A model generated the notes under the pieces. That model was not told the origin of the DNA, did no database searches, and saw only the letters and a list, made by a program, of their open reading frames with translations. From positions 21,514,001-21,578,000 of the forward strand of contig OX597817.1 of NCBI GenBank assembly GCA_951406725.2: a stretch of 64,000 nucleotides of DNA. The letters are read 5' to 3'. The stretch comes from Octopus vulgaris (Eukaryota). Each line of letters starts with the position of its first letter. Position 1 is the stretch's first letter. This document shows positions 27,741 through 41,496 of the stretch, piece by piece. The translations under genes were made by a program, and so were the position numbers.

Positions 27741-28668
27741 ATATGTAGATAGCCACATATAGATATACATATCAAAACAAATATATATATATTGTATAAT
27801 ATCTTACAGGAAGGCTGATCATGTCATTTGGAGAATCTCAGCTTCTGCAAAGAAAAAAAAAATAATAAGTAAGAATAAAATTTACAAATGCATGCATCTC
27901 TTCCCTTCCAATGCTACGGAATTGCACCGATACAGCTTTGCACAAGTTTCCTCTTATCCGTTAGAGTCAGAATGGAAAGCGTTGAAACAGATCTTCCCAT
28001 GTTTCACAATAAATCAATGAAACATGAAAAGAGAAAGGGTGTATAAAAACTACAACTTAAATCGATTCTTTCTTCGTCTTCGCCGCCTCTCTCCTTGGCT
28101 AAACAATCAAAACCAAGAACTCGTATCAAATACGCTTTTGGGACTGCTACTACCTACCACCTGCTACCAAGCCCCCACAACAGTAGAAAAAGTGAAAGAA
28201 ACCGACACAAAAAAAAGAAAAAAAAACGAAAATGTCCCTTGCATTTGAAAACTATAGAAGTATTCTGAAAAACATCTCAGTTAATATTTCCATAGTTTAA
28301 TTGTTTTTCATGTTTAACTCTAAGTTAAAAAAGGTGCAAATACTAAAACCGATACTAAAAGGTTCTTCCTTATAAAATATTTACCATTTTCTACCTTGTC
28401 TTATGTGTGTGTGTGTGTGTGTATGTGTGTGTGTGTGTGTATGTGTGTGTATGTGTGTGTGTGTGTGTGTGTTTGTGTGTGTTTATGTGTGTGTGCGTAT
28501 GCATATATGCTTTCGGTGTGAAGGGTTTTGTTATACGGTGCCATATTTTACAATCCTGTAAATAATAATAATGGTAATTTTATATAAGCTCAGGAAAATA
28601 TTCTAATAATGGGGCATATAAGACCTGGAAAGAAAAAAAACAGAAGGCTTTCCTACCCGCTTGGATAG

Positions 28669-28870
28669 TTCTTAAATTTGACAGAGGCTGCTAATTCGCT
28701 GCTGTAAAAGTAAGGATGTGGGTTCGTGCCTCACGCGGAAAGGAAAAACTTCTTTTTTCTTTCGAGGGCTTATATGCTCCGTTATTAGATTATTTTCCTC
28801 AGTCATTGCACGGTGATCGTCATAAGCTTTAAGCTTATATAAAATTATCATTATTATTATTAACAGGATT

Positions 28871-28911
<41 letters not shown>

Positions 28912-29174
28912 GGCACCGTATAACAAAACTGTTTTATTTACATAAACAAATATGAACTAATATATTTCTTAAATTTGACAGAAGCAGGGGGGGGGCTAAT
29001 TCACTACCGTAAAGGTAACGCACTTAGTCACGTTAACATAGGGATGCGGGTTCGTGTCTCACTCGGATAAGAAACCCTTCTTTTTTCTGTCGAGGGCTTA
29101 TATTCACCGTTATTAGTCTACTTTCCTTAGTCATTGCTCAGCGAACGCCATAAGATTTGAGCTTGTATAAAAAT
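28669..29174 (+). repeat. Two diverged tandem copies (28669-28845 and 28966-29174) of a unit of about 190 bp with tRNA-like boxes
   Basis: Both begin TTCTTAAATTTGACAGA and share GGGTTCGTG(C/T)CTCAC (B-box-like), TTCTTTTTTCT, TCGAGGGCTTATAT, CCGTTATTAG and AGTCATTGC. An (AAT)n tract lies between them. Confidence 0.8.
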
Positions 29175-29220
29175 GATACATGTATATAAGTATGTATGTA
29201 TGTATGTATGTGTATATATG

Positions 29221-29570
29221 TCAACTTCCGTTGGTTTTTTCTACTATAACCACGGACCGACTAAATCTTTGTGATCGGATTAAGTAGATGGACACTGAAA
29301 GAAGACCGTCGTATATATATACATATATTATATGTATGTATCTCAGTGATTGTGTTTGACCCCCACCACCGATTGATAAACCGCTGTTGGTGTGTTTACG
29401 TCCCCGTAACATAGAGTATGGGCAAAAGATGTCGATAGAATAAGTACTTAGATTTAAAAAGATAAGTCTTGGTGGCGGTTTCGAAAAAATCTCCTCAAGG
29501 GGGTGCCCCAGTATGGCCGCAGTCAAACGATTGAAACAAGTAAACGATAAAAAATAAAGATCTGAAAAGG
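29221..29570 (+). mobile_element. Older 5'-truncated SINE family B copy
   Basis: GGACACTGAAAGAAGACCGTCGTATA...TGGTGTGTTTACGTCCCCGTAAC...CCCCAGTATGGCCGCAGTC...TGAAACAAGTAAA. Confidence 0.85.
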
Positions 29571-29602
29571 TAAAAAGGGATCCAAAAAGAAAAACAATAC
29601 AT

Positions 29603-30017
29603 GCGCAGGAGTGGCTGTGTGGTAAGTAGCTTGTTTACCAACCACATGGTTCCGGGCTCAGTCCCACTGCGTGGTACCTTGGGCAAGTGTCTTCTACTAT
29701 AGCCTCGGGCCGACCAAAGCCTTGTGAGTGGATTTGGTCGACGGAAACTGAAAGAAGCGCGTCGTATATATGTATGTATATATATATGCGTGTGTGTGTT
29801 TGTGTGTCTGTGTTTGTCCTCCTAGCATTGCTTGATAACCGATGCTGGTGTGTTTATGTCCCCGTTACCTAGCGGTTCGGCAAAATATACCGATATAATA
29901 AGTACTGGGCTTACAAAAGAATAAGTCCCGGGGTCGAGTTGCTCGATTAAAGGCGGTGCTCCAGCATGGCCGCAGTCAAATGACTGAAACAAGTAAAAGA
30001 GTAAAGAGTAAAGAGTA
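29603..30017 (+). mobile_element. Full-length SINE family B
   Basis: GCGCAGGAGTGGCTGTGTGGTAAG...CTTGGGCAAGTGTCTTCT...CAGCATGGCCGCAGTCAAATGACTGAAACAAGTAAAAGAGTAAAGAGTAAAGAGTA. Confidence 0.93.
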
Positions 30018-31083
30018 TGCGTACGAGGAGTCAACCAATGAAGATCTACGATTTTGTTCGTTCCGCTAGAAATAGCGCTCTTATTCAATAAAACATGTCG
30101 TACATTTCACGAAATAGATCAACATATCAAATATAATATTCCTTGATAGAAGATGACTTTAAATAGTTTCGGATAGTCAAGTCAGGAATGCCTTTAATCA
30201 TAAGTCTATTCATCCAGGTTTCTAGATGTAAACAACACATACATTCATTCAGGTTCAGTGTATTTTTTGCCGAGCTTCAATATTCAAAGCTCAAATTTAA
30301 ATAACTTTATTTTTTTTTTTTTAACAAACAGCTGATATTATGTTACTTGTCAACAAGCCTCGTCTTACATAGGAAGCAATAAAGAGTTATAGAAAAACAT
30401 GTTGAAAAACTTAAATAGAGAAAGTTAGGGAAAATAGACAGGTAGATAGATACCCTCTCATCCACCCACCGCCAAATAATTTCTATAAGAATATGCATTC
30501 ATACAGAGATACACTCATGCACGCATCGACCCATACAGACGAAGACAGACAAATATTTGTAGCAGTAAAAAGAGAGAGAGAGAGGGGGGGTGGAGGAAGA
30601 GAGTGATAAAGAGAATAAGTCACAAAGTTAAAAGAAATACATTAAGACACATAAACACACAGAAACAGAGGGAGAGAAAAATATAGATTAACAATCACTT
30701 GGATGGAAAGGTAGATAGGTAAACAAATATATATTTAGACAAATAGATATGGTCCGATATATAGGTAAGGGAGGTTATACGAATATATATGGTAGGATAT
30801 GGAGGGATAGATGTGAAAGATATTTAGATAGAGAGTTTGATAGATAAATAGATACATAGATAGATATATATATATAGATAGATAGGCAAAAAGATAGATA
30901 GGTAAACTGATAGACAATATAAATAGAAGACAGTAAGGTAGATAAGGTGCATAAGGGAAGACAGCAGAGAAGTCAGGTAGATACAATTAATAGATAAGAG
31001 GACAGATAGATAGGAGTCGGCATATATGCTGCTAGTTATATTATGTACAAATATTGATTACGCGGACGCATTGATAGATATTG

Positions 31084-31120
<37 letters not shown>

Positions 31121-31639
31121 GAGAGAGAGTGGGATGGAGAGAGAGGGGAGGTTGTTATATAAATATATGAAAATGAAATCGAGTAGGTTTGGCCTGTAAT
31201 TTTCCATTATCCAGACAGCTTTATTTCGAATTGATTAAAATGAATCTAATATCGATTTAGAATATATTCCGAGAGCATCTTTAACTGGCTCATGACTTAA
31301 TACTAGGAGCTGTAGTGTCTGTCTATATTGTCGATAAGTAAATATGATATAGTGTGTCGTTGTTGTTACAGCAAACAATAATGTGGCTGTAATATTATAA
31401 TTGGGGAAATTGTGTTTACGTGACAATGTTTACGTAAATATTCTCCGCCTACTATCTGTTTAGAGCTTCGTTTCAAAATGTTTATATGAAGAGTATAACC
31501 ATATACGCTGCCATTACCCTTCTTAGTGTTATGTTCACCGTCACCACTATGATGATCATCGTCATTAGCTCTATCAGCAGCAGTGACAAACATAACGGCA
31601 AAGACAACAGTATCGAGAGTAACCAGAAGGGACGACTCA

Positions 31640-31925
31640 ACTTAGTCGATCGGCCTGCTTGAAATAGTAGCCAAATTTCCCTTAGACTGCACCCTTGCAT
31701 TCTAAAAGAAAAGGTATAGATACAACAAAGACAATATATAACAATTACACAATCTAGTACTACTATAGCTGTTTAACCCTAGGTCTCACTTGACCGAGCA
31801 CACCTACAACCAATGGCATTTCAGCTATGCCATAAATGTACATAATCTAAGGTGTCCGTGATAAGATGTTATAGGGATATGATTTGACTGTTATTTCTAA
31901 CATATGGAGCGAGCATTTTGTAGAA
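31640..31925. mobile_element. Degenerate MITE-like repeat with subterminal inverted repeats
   Basis: CTGCTTGAAATAGTAGCCAAAT (about 31654) versus ATTTGACTGTTATTTCTAACA (about 31882). Related fragments occur near 11090 (ATTTAGCTGCTATGTCTAGCAG) and 30063 (GCTAGAAATAGC). Confidence 0.5.
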
Positions 31926-32499
31926 ATTTCACCGCTGGCTTTAATGTAGTTTAGCCAAATAAAAGTGTCAAAACACTTAATATGCAACTAAAGGTAAAAC
32001 GTACACTGTGCCCCAGTATAGACGCATTCTAACGACTGAAACAAGTAAAAGATACAAAATAAAACGAGTGACAGAATGGGAGCGATATAAATAAACAACA
32101 GTCGAGGACTGGAGAAGATTTACGTGAAATTGTAGCTTATGGCCCGAGTGAAAGACACTACTCTTAGCATGCACCGGCAGGCTAGGAGTTAAAGTAAAAG
32201 AACTAACATTTGGTAGTCAGTTCCCTGGGGTTTAATTGACCATAGATAATGGTGATACCTTTTGAACAATATGCAATTTAATGAAATGTGTTTACATTCA
32301 CAGACATATTTTCTCAATCGTTTGTTTTCACTATGAACACCAACATTTAAAAACCTGTCCATGTCAATCATAAATAGATATTTTCATAGACACTGTCGCA
32401 AGAAGAACTTTTGTCGCTTTTGAAAACCAATGACCAAAAGTATTTTGATAGTGTTTTATAAACTTAGTCTTCGGGTATCTTCATTAGGTTACTGTTGTT

Positions 32500-33343
32500 T
32501 CTATAACAGTTCTGCTGGAATTTCAGTTCTAGTGTCCTCAGACAAGCACCATTTCAGCTTTACTGATGTTGCACAATTCTTAGAAGTCTCTTTAGAACTT
32601 GATATTTTTTTGCCCTTGTTTATTTTCCCCCACATTCTGTTATCACACAAAGATTGCATTTCAGCCGTTGTTCCATAACTTTTCCTGTTCACATTGACAA
32701 TAACTTGCCTCTCCTCCTTCGTATTGAATCTTCAAATTTTACAACTTAATATTCTAATTTTCTTCCTCCGCATTCGATTGATATTTCACCACATATTAGC
32801 TATGTCCAAATTACTTTCTCGCATAAAGTCCAGTGAGATATGTGTTGACATTTTTTTTATTCTCTTAGTGGAAAGAGGGCTACATATACTTACACTGTGA
32901 TTAATGGTTCCTCCTTCATTTCCCCGAAGTACATAAAGATAATTCAACGTCACCGTTCTTATCGCTATGGCGGTTTATGTACTTCCTTGCCGCTGCTTCT
33001 TGTGTCTCACATATTAACAGTTCATCTCTGACCTTTAGGTTTTGGTTTCGTATCCACTTCCACATTGCCTGGTCAAGTGTATCGGTACTCCTGTCATCTA
33101 ACACATTGTCTATACTTTGCTATTTCGTTGCAGCAAGCCTACTTTTCATTCTTCTTCTTCTTCTTCTTCTTCTTCTTCTTCTTCTTCTTCTTCTTCTTCT
33201 TCTTCTTTTTCTTCTTCTTCTTTTTCTTTTTCTTCTTCTTCTTCTCCTTCTTCTCCTTCTTTTTCCTCTCATCCTCCTCCTCCTTCTTCTTCTTCTTCTA
33301 ATTATTATTATTATTTTTATTATAAGTTTTATTTTTATTTTTA

Positions 33344-33397
<54 letters not shown>

Positions 33398-33860
33398 CAA
33401 CCCATCCTTATGAAGGCATTTGTCACCTCTGTCATAACAGTCGTTTTCACATCTGTCAAGAAATGATACGTTCGATTAGCTTTATATTTTCAATTCATTT
33501 CTTATGGAGATATTTTTATATTTTGCGTTTACATTCCACGAAACTAATCAAATCTCTTACTCCAGGATTCGTCTGCAGTGGAAGTCGAAGAACGTCACAA
33601 TTTGTGTGGATTATTCCAAGTATAGTCATCATATTCAATATTCTGGGGTTGTTTCTGAATATCCCTGATCCATAAATCGTCCCTGTCAGCGCACAAATGT
33701 TTATTACTGCTTTCGTGTTGCTCATATTTAATTTTATTAAAAATACCAGAAAACTGGTATTTTTAATAACACCAATAGCTTTGATGATATTTCATCATTT
33801 CATTAAATGTATACTGCACAAATTTATCACAAATTCCTTTTCTAATCTTCTTGAACACAT
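32500..33860 (-). mobile_element. Decayed R4/Dong-type non-LTR retrotransposon (RT thumb, CCHC knuckle, RLE), split by microsatellites
   Basis: Minus-strand motifs in the correct order: KAVINICAL...MMTILGIIHTNCDVLRLPLQTNPGVRDLISFVEC (compare MTMHGxLHPKxDVDRLYLPRxxGGRGLIS); DQAMWKWIRNQNLKVRDELLICETQE; GTINHSVSIC; HWTLCE; CDNRM; KYQVLKR; LCNISKAEMVLV. Confidence 0.8.
33148..33395. repeat. (CTT)n followed by (ATT)n microsatellite
   Basis: Direct reading; source of the 232-aa poly-Leu/Ile ORF. Confidence 0.97.
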
Positions 33861-34046
33861 TGTGAGCCCATGCTGTTGACTACTTTAATTTGAATATCTG
33901 AAACCCATACAACTCACAACTATCACACACTCTCTCTCTCTCTTTCTCTCTTTCCCCCTCTCTCTCTTTCTCTCTTTCCCCATCTCTCTCATTCTCTCTC
34001 TTTCTCTATGTATATATATATATATATATGTATGTATCTATCTATG

Positions 34047-34128
<82 letters not shown>

Positions 34129-34852
34129 GAAATGAGGTACTCAGAAGATCAGATGGTTTATATTTACAGATATTTATTTGTATATTACACTTTTTATATA
34201 TATATATCATATCACTTAGATCATTAGCGCTTTCTCCCCTTCTAGTGGGTTTTTCAAATCAAAATATATACATATATACATATATCTGTCTTTCGGTTCC
34301 TCAAACTTAACCTTCCTCTGTATATTGATCTTAACCCATCCTGAATCACTTATTCTCTTCTCCGCCGACAGTCCTGCCTCTGAGTTTTCAGCACCACCCT
34401 TTTCACTGGACCTCACCACTATTCCTTTCACATGCCAACGACCGCAAACGATGTCATTTATTGCTAAATATGATCGCTCTGCAGTTCCAGACTGAATGAC
34501 GTCAATCTGGCTGCTCTACTGAATGAAAGCAGCACTCAAAGAAACACTCTGCTTGGTATCAATCTATTTTCGACGTTGTTCTATTCAGCGGGTCGTACGA
34601 ATCTCCACTCCAGTGTAAACAGGAGCTCAAATTTATTCCTCAAGTATCCACTCTGCACGGACTCAAATACTGAAAACATTTTCCTTTAATCGACACATTA
34701 TAACCTCACTTAAACGTAACACATATGCATACATAGTCATATCAGAATGCACTATAATCATACAATCACCACGCACACGCATTGCATATATTCGCATACA
34801 GTCACTAACATTTACATCATAAAATATCCACATCTCTATACGCATGGCAATC

Positions 34853-34894
<42 letters not shown>

Positions 34895-35064
34895 TTTAAA
34901 TGGCATGAGTACATACACATATTAGACATTTTCGCATAACCAATCCTATTGTTAACATACATGGTAGCATTAAGCGTGGAATGCAAAAGCACATAACAGG
35001 AAAAATGTCAACAAACTACATGCTCAGTCATAGCAAAGCAGCATAGAAATATACGCGCACATGC

Positions 35065-35560
35065 CACTTGAGATACTTACTTACTGGTCATGCTTCGAGA
35101 ACCCTGCGAAGGATTATTGCAGGTCCAAGCAATGCCGACTTTTGTAGGTGTTCTGCTTTCACACTTGCACAAATCATTTTTAGCTATGTTCAGTGCTGAT
35201 ACTTAAATCGTCCCTGACAGCGCACAAACGTTTACTACTGCTTTCATGTGCTCATATTCAATTTTAATTTTGACTTCAATTTAAAGTTTTCTGGTATTTT
35301 TTAATAAAACCAATAACTTTGACGATATTTCTGCATTTCATAAAATGTATACTGCACAAATTTATCACAAATCCCTTTTCCAATCTTCTTGAACAATTTG
35401 CCAATTACTTGTGGTATCGTGTCTACCTTCTTCATTAACCATATGAGTAACATTTACCTCTTTTTATTTGCATAACCTATATTGAGAATCTCCTTGGTTT
35501 TTGTCATCTTAGCTTTTATCGAATTAGTCCTTAATGCTTGATATTGTCAATCTACTAAAA
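35065..35560 (-). mobile_element. Rearranged R4/Dong-type fragment including the ORF C-terminus
   Basis: Minus strand reads QALRTNSIKAK...DSQYRLCK*KEVNVTHMVN (knuckle), then WLMKKVDTIPQVIG, a block of about 200 bp of RT origin, then AL...EHLQKSALLGPAIILRRVLEA* (stop at 35088-35090). Confidence 0.85.
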
Positions 35561-35565
35561 CAGGA

Positions 35566-35612
<47 letters not shown>

Positions 35613-38600
35613 GTATTATTATTATTTGTTGTCGTTGTTGCTCTTGTTTCAGGTACAACATAGATGTGTACACATACACTGCCACTATATCTGCGTGTGT
35701 GCAAATATATGAAAATCGTTACAAGTTATAATGGTTTATTATTTACGTATTTCGTATTTTCGTTTTTCATCGATATCTGCTTTGTTTTTCATCTTCTGTA
35801 CTTGTCTCAAATATATATCCAAAACATAATTTTCATACCTTCATGGATTACACTTCTCCAAAAATATGTTCTTTTGTAGTAATGTTAGAGAGTAGTGTCT
35901 GTCGTGTCTCTGCGGAAATCTGTGTGTCTGTGCGTGGGAATGTATGTGTGTGTGTGTGTGTCCGTATGTGTGTATACGTCTGTGTGTGCACGTGAATAGC
36001 TGTATGTTTATAACGATGTTGATTAGAAAATATAAACGTTTCCATATCGATGGTACTGGAAATATATTTCGAACGTATCTGTCTTTTCATCTTTGAATTT
36101 TAATATTAACAACTTCTAATAATTAGTATTAAAATATGCACATATACTCAGTCAATTTACCTATGTGTATGTGTAAGCGAATATATGAATAAATTGTCAC
36201 ATTGTAATTAGAGGGACTTAATTACTTCTTAATTTTCGGTCAGTATGCATAAGCATGTTTCAATATATTGAACATTACATACGATAGTTCCAAAGGAATA
36301 TACAATGACATGTGATTCAAAATTGCTTCGAGAAAATGCTAACAAACAATTTATTATATAGATAATGGAATATCTGAAAACAAATATACCAAGAACAATT
36401 TGAAACATTAAGATTGATATAAAAAAAAATGTCTGACTTAGTAATTTATAAGCGTTAAATGAAATAGAATATCCTCTAGGAACTAAATGCTTGGAACAAA
36501 TGAAGTTGTGTAGCGAAATCGCTATTTAATGCACAGTAGAATTAGAGATTATTGTCATACATATTTTGAAAATGAATACTGTGCAAATCATTCTTAGTTG
36601 CCATTATATTGCAGAGACTCTAAAATAAATATTGGCCCGACAAATATGCTCCAACAGTATGTATTCATAACTAAATAATGATGTCAAGCTATTACCCAGG
36701 GTCTTAATAAAGGGAGCGTGTCAACACAAAGTATTCGATAGTACAGAATATGGTGCCAAATTACCATGTGGCTTTGGGATGATAGTAGTATAAATATATT
36801 ATAATTACTACATAAATATATATAACACCTCTTACAAAGTTAAAGATCAAATTAATGTGACGTTTACATGTAAACAAATATCACACGCCAGAAGTGTGAA
36901 AGACAACAAAGTAAACAAGCAGTCAAGTAAAGATTTTCATAATTACAACTGAGAAATGCATTGGAAGGATATCGAAATGTGACTGCATACAAGCATGCAT
37001 GTATGTATTTGTGTCTGTGCATATTAGCGATTGAACCCCACCCTCTAAAGCTGCTGGACCAGTCCTAAATCGAAATCCATTACTATCGGACAATTTACTC
37101 CATCCGTCCATTTTATTATTTCACCAGTAGCTTCCATTCATATCACACCAATCAAGAAGTGATGCAATTTTCTTTATGTCTTTTACCCTCTCGCTGAGGA
37201 AAGTATAATTGTTCTGTGTGTTCCATGTTTCTATTTTATTCTCTTTATATTGTCTTCTACAAATTACATAAATATTTGCCCCAACTCTTAAAGGCTCCAA
37301 CATCAACACCATTGATGCTACTTTTTATCCCAATTAACATATAACTATGAGTTCTTTATTTGCAATCTCGACAACTCATGATTAATATAAACTGATACTG
37401 AAATAGTGATCACTAGTTTCGTGACTAGTTTCTTACACTGCATAATACAAGTATTGAGAAAATTATTATTTACCACTAATTCTACTTTAAAACATATGAC
37501 ACAAGAAAGGTCAATGTCCTTTCAAATGTTAAGGTTCGTCATGATTAAAGATTTCTTTTATCATACGTACATCGTCAACATCACTAAAACTGCAGTTGCA
37601 AGGCCAACCTTATTCTTCGGAGCCAGAAATTTTTAGTTATGTACACAAAGTTATACTCTTAGCAGTTAAGTTAAACAATACTGTTATGTACACACGCATC
37701 TGACACAATCTAATATTACACACCGAGAAGCTCAGAGCCCATTAAGTAGAAATGCTATTTTCATCCCTTCACTGGCATTACAAATACTTCCCAACCGCCC
37801 ACTCACTGCTTTTCAATAACAAATTCATTTTTTCCAAGAAAATCTGTCCGTTAGAACGTGCCTCTTCTGCAGTCGTCCAGAAGGAAATGCTCAAGAGAAA
37901 TGGTAATGTTGGTTTCACCCAGTCTGCTAGAAACGACAAAGGCCACAGCTACAATCAATTCCACCGGATTAATTTTGGAAATTGATATAGATGCAATGTG
38001 TAACTATTGATGATTACAAAGTCATACAAACAAGAAAATATAGAAAAGATTGTAGGCGGGGAAGAAATTATGATTGCTTTCGTAAAATAATCATAAACAG
38101 AAATATGATGCATTCTAAAGAAATAATAACGGTTGTATATTAAGTCCTTTCACATAACACAAAAGTATTATAGATTTTTACGAGACAATTTGCTAATCAG
38201 CAAAGGTCATCAAGAATAGCAGCTCACAATGATTCATCACTGGGACTTTGGTAATCCTACTCGAAAATTGGCTCCATAAATCGTTTATGCAGTGGAGCCA
38301 GCGTAAAAGGGTGAAGTACGAGTATTAAGGAAAATTCAATTGATGTAGATATACCAGATATCAATAATGAAGAGTTAGTTCAAGCGCAAGACATTTGTTT
38401 ATAAATACATGACTCAACCCAACGATTCATTAAATACGTTAAACTATTTCTCATAATCGTTACAAGGGTGATTATCATAAATAACACCCCAAGTCTAAAT
38501 TTTACCAGATATTGCACTGAATTAACACAGACCTAAACTGTTTGAATAACAGATTATTTAACATGGAGACGGTTAACAAATATATTTCATATAGAAAAGG

Positions 38601-41496
38601 AACAGAATATATATGAAATAAGATGTAAGAAATCTGTTCTCTACTAAAATTATTTTAATATTATTTCCGTATGAAATTTTATATCCTATATTTTCGATTA
38701 ATTAAAATATCTTATTTTCGTAAAATGCTGTGATGAGTTACTCGCTATCGACGTAATTTTGAAAATTTTATTTCCTTAAAATGAAAAATGGATTGTTTCT
38801 CATCAACTGTATAGTCAATTTTCTAACTTTCTTATTACGTTACTAATTTATAAATTGTCTATTACATTCACTAGCAACAATAATTATATAAAACATTTTC
38901 ATTAGAAGAACAGTATTTTCCTTTGCAATATAATTCACTACTCATTAAGGTACATACGTTAGAAAGATTTTTCTTCGAAGGAAGAAAAAAGAATTCAGCA
39001 CAGCCATTTAACCTTTACGTCTGCAATATATGGCATAACGTATAAACCATGGATAAATAAGGCTTCAATGCAGTGTTCATTATTTTTCTCTATCGATTTT
39101 TCACTGATATGTATTCTAAATTAATGATTCTAGATATCACCATTTCAGTGTTGTCGATCTTATATATCTGTTCTCAAACGAAAATACATACTTATTATTC
39201 TCCCTGTAATTATACATTCTTTCACACATAAAACATTTGCATGTATAATTCTTTCATGTAATAATATTACTGTTTCTATGCTTACTAACGTGCAGCATGT
39301 CAGGTTATAGAAAATATACAAACAAAGAGCGGTCGGCATCACTTAACCGTATTATTACCATATTTCATTCAGTTTGCAGTCAATTTAAATTGAGTTTGGA
39401 GTAAAATTTGTGAATCTGCATACGTGTAGAAATGCACTAAAATGATTGATTTTATGAGAATAACATCAAGTACCCAGATCATATAATTTTGAGAAAGGGA
39501 GCTACGATACACGGTTTAAAATATATCTTTAACATGCATTCTTTTGGGGGCTCGTAACTAGATATCGTAAATTTAAAATAAGCGATATTCTGCTTCTGTT
39601 TGATAATGAATTGAATATTACAAATCATTCTCTCATCCAATATGCATCAGAAATATATGTTATATAATCACCTATACATATGACACTGGATATAAGCATA
39701 CATATATGCATGTGACTCTACGTGAAGGAATGTACATGTGGATGAACGTGACAAATATAAAGTAGTTAAGAATTTGGATGCCATCTATTCTACTTCAATG
39801 CTATCATTAAACATTTTTTATTCTCACCAAAGATTTGAATACGTCTGAAGGGTCAATTCTTAATATACTTAATATTTTACTTTCTCTCTGTTAATTACTC
39901 ATTTTGAAACCGGAAAAGTGAATGCTGTCTCAAAAGCATGTTTCAGTGCTTATGCTCAAGTATTTTACTCACAGTTGTAATTACAGTGGCTATAGGTACG
40001 GCTCCTCATTATATGGGATTCTAATTTAATGACGGTTTTAATTAAACACGTTTCACAACTAGTAATCGGCACAACCTACATCTAGAACCTCATTACTGGA
40101 ACCAATTTAGTTAGTCCTCTCAAAAATATATTTAAAAAGACACCTGATTCTTAAGCATTTATTTTCGTTTCGTTATTTGTTTTTCTTTTGATTGGTTATT
40201 TCATTTTCGTTATCACTTCTAGCTTTATATCAATCACCATCTTCATTTTGGAGAATTCAGCAATGATTATAACATGTTCTGTGATTTTGTCAGTATTTGA
40301 CTTCTACTTATATTGTTTTTTGATACTACTTTCTAATTGTTTTCATGGAGAATTTTCTCTTAACTTAATTAGGAAATATTTTGGAGTTTAATTGGATGAT
40401 TTTATTTCATGGAATTTTCCGAATTATAAGAAATCTTCGACTCCATTTCTCTATGAGTTATGACAATATGGAAGCTTAATTCCCTTACGCTGTCTGAATT
40501 ATTTTATTGGGGAAATTTAAGAGCGAATAAAATATTAGATGCTGTAGTGAACGTTTTTAAAATTAATTTCTTGTTTCTGCAAAAATCACGTTTCCAAGAT
40601 ACAAAAAATATTATATAAATATATAATCATTGCACGTTTGAGTGTGTGTGCATATATACTTATACGTAGAGAGACAGATATGCATATATATATATATATA
40701 TATATATATAGTATTGTATATGGTTATATATGTGTTCTGTGTACATATGTATAAGGATATATGACTGTACATATCGATGCATATGCCTATATATGTATAT
40801 AGATGTATATATACATATATATCAATGTATACATATATGTATATGTGTGTGTGTGTATGTCTGTGTGCGTGTACCTCTGTGTGTATATGTGTGTGTGTTT
40901 GTGTGTGTGTCAATGTATGTACCCCAACCAAATGATCAAAGTCAATGAATCATTATTTGTAATATAAACTCTGAACGCCGAATGTCACAGGAAATTACTC
41001 GATGCATTCTCTCCAAATTTTCTCTCTCTCTCTTTCTGTTTCACTGCTTCTCTTTACTTCTGTCTGTGTCTCTTTCCCTTTCTTTCTTTCTTCCTCTTTC
41101 TTACCTTCTCTCTCTCCCCCACTCTTTCTCTCTTTCATTATATGCATAGTTGTCTTTGTCAACATGTCGAATATATGGTTCCATGCTAGCCCATTTACTT
41201 GGTCTCCAAATAGCCCAAATTTTGAATAAAAAAACAGGTTTCCGCACCACGTAGCAAAGGAAAAGCAAAATATTATGAGTGTATGTGTGCGTGTGTGTGT
41301 ATGTGTTTATGTATTTGTGTGTGTATATGTGCGTGCGTATGAGAGAGAGAGAGAGAGAGATGGAGAGTGTTAGACCGATCGATTGGCATCACTTCACACG
41401 TTATCGAATACCTAGTTAGAAAGGCTAAGGCATGTAAGAATTTAAAAGTATTTGCTTGACCTATTATATTTTGCTATCTGTTTCAGAACCAAATAG

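Noticed and set aside
32977-33675. Longest ORF (232 aa, hydrophobic)
   Set aside because: Open only because it runs through (CTT)n and (ATT)n; the flanks are antisense to an R4/Dong relic.
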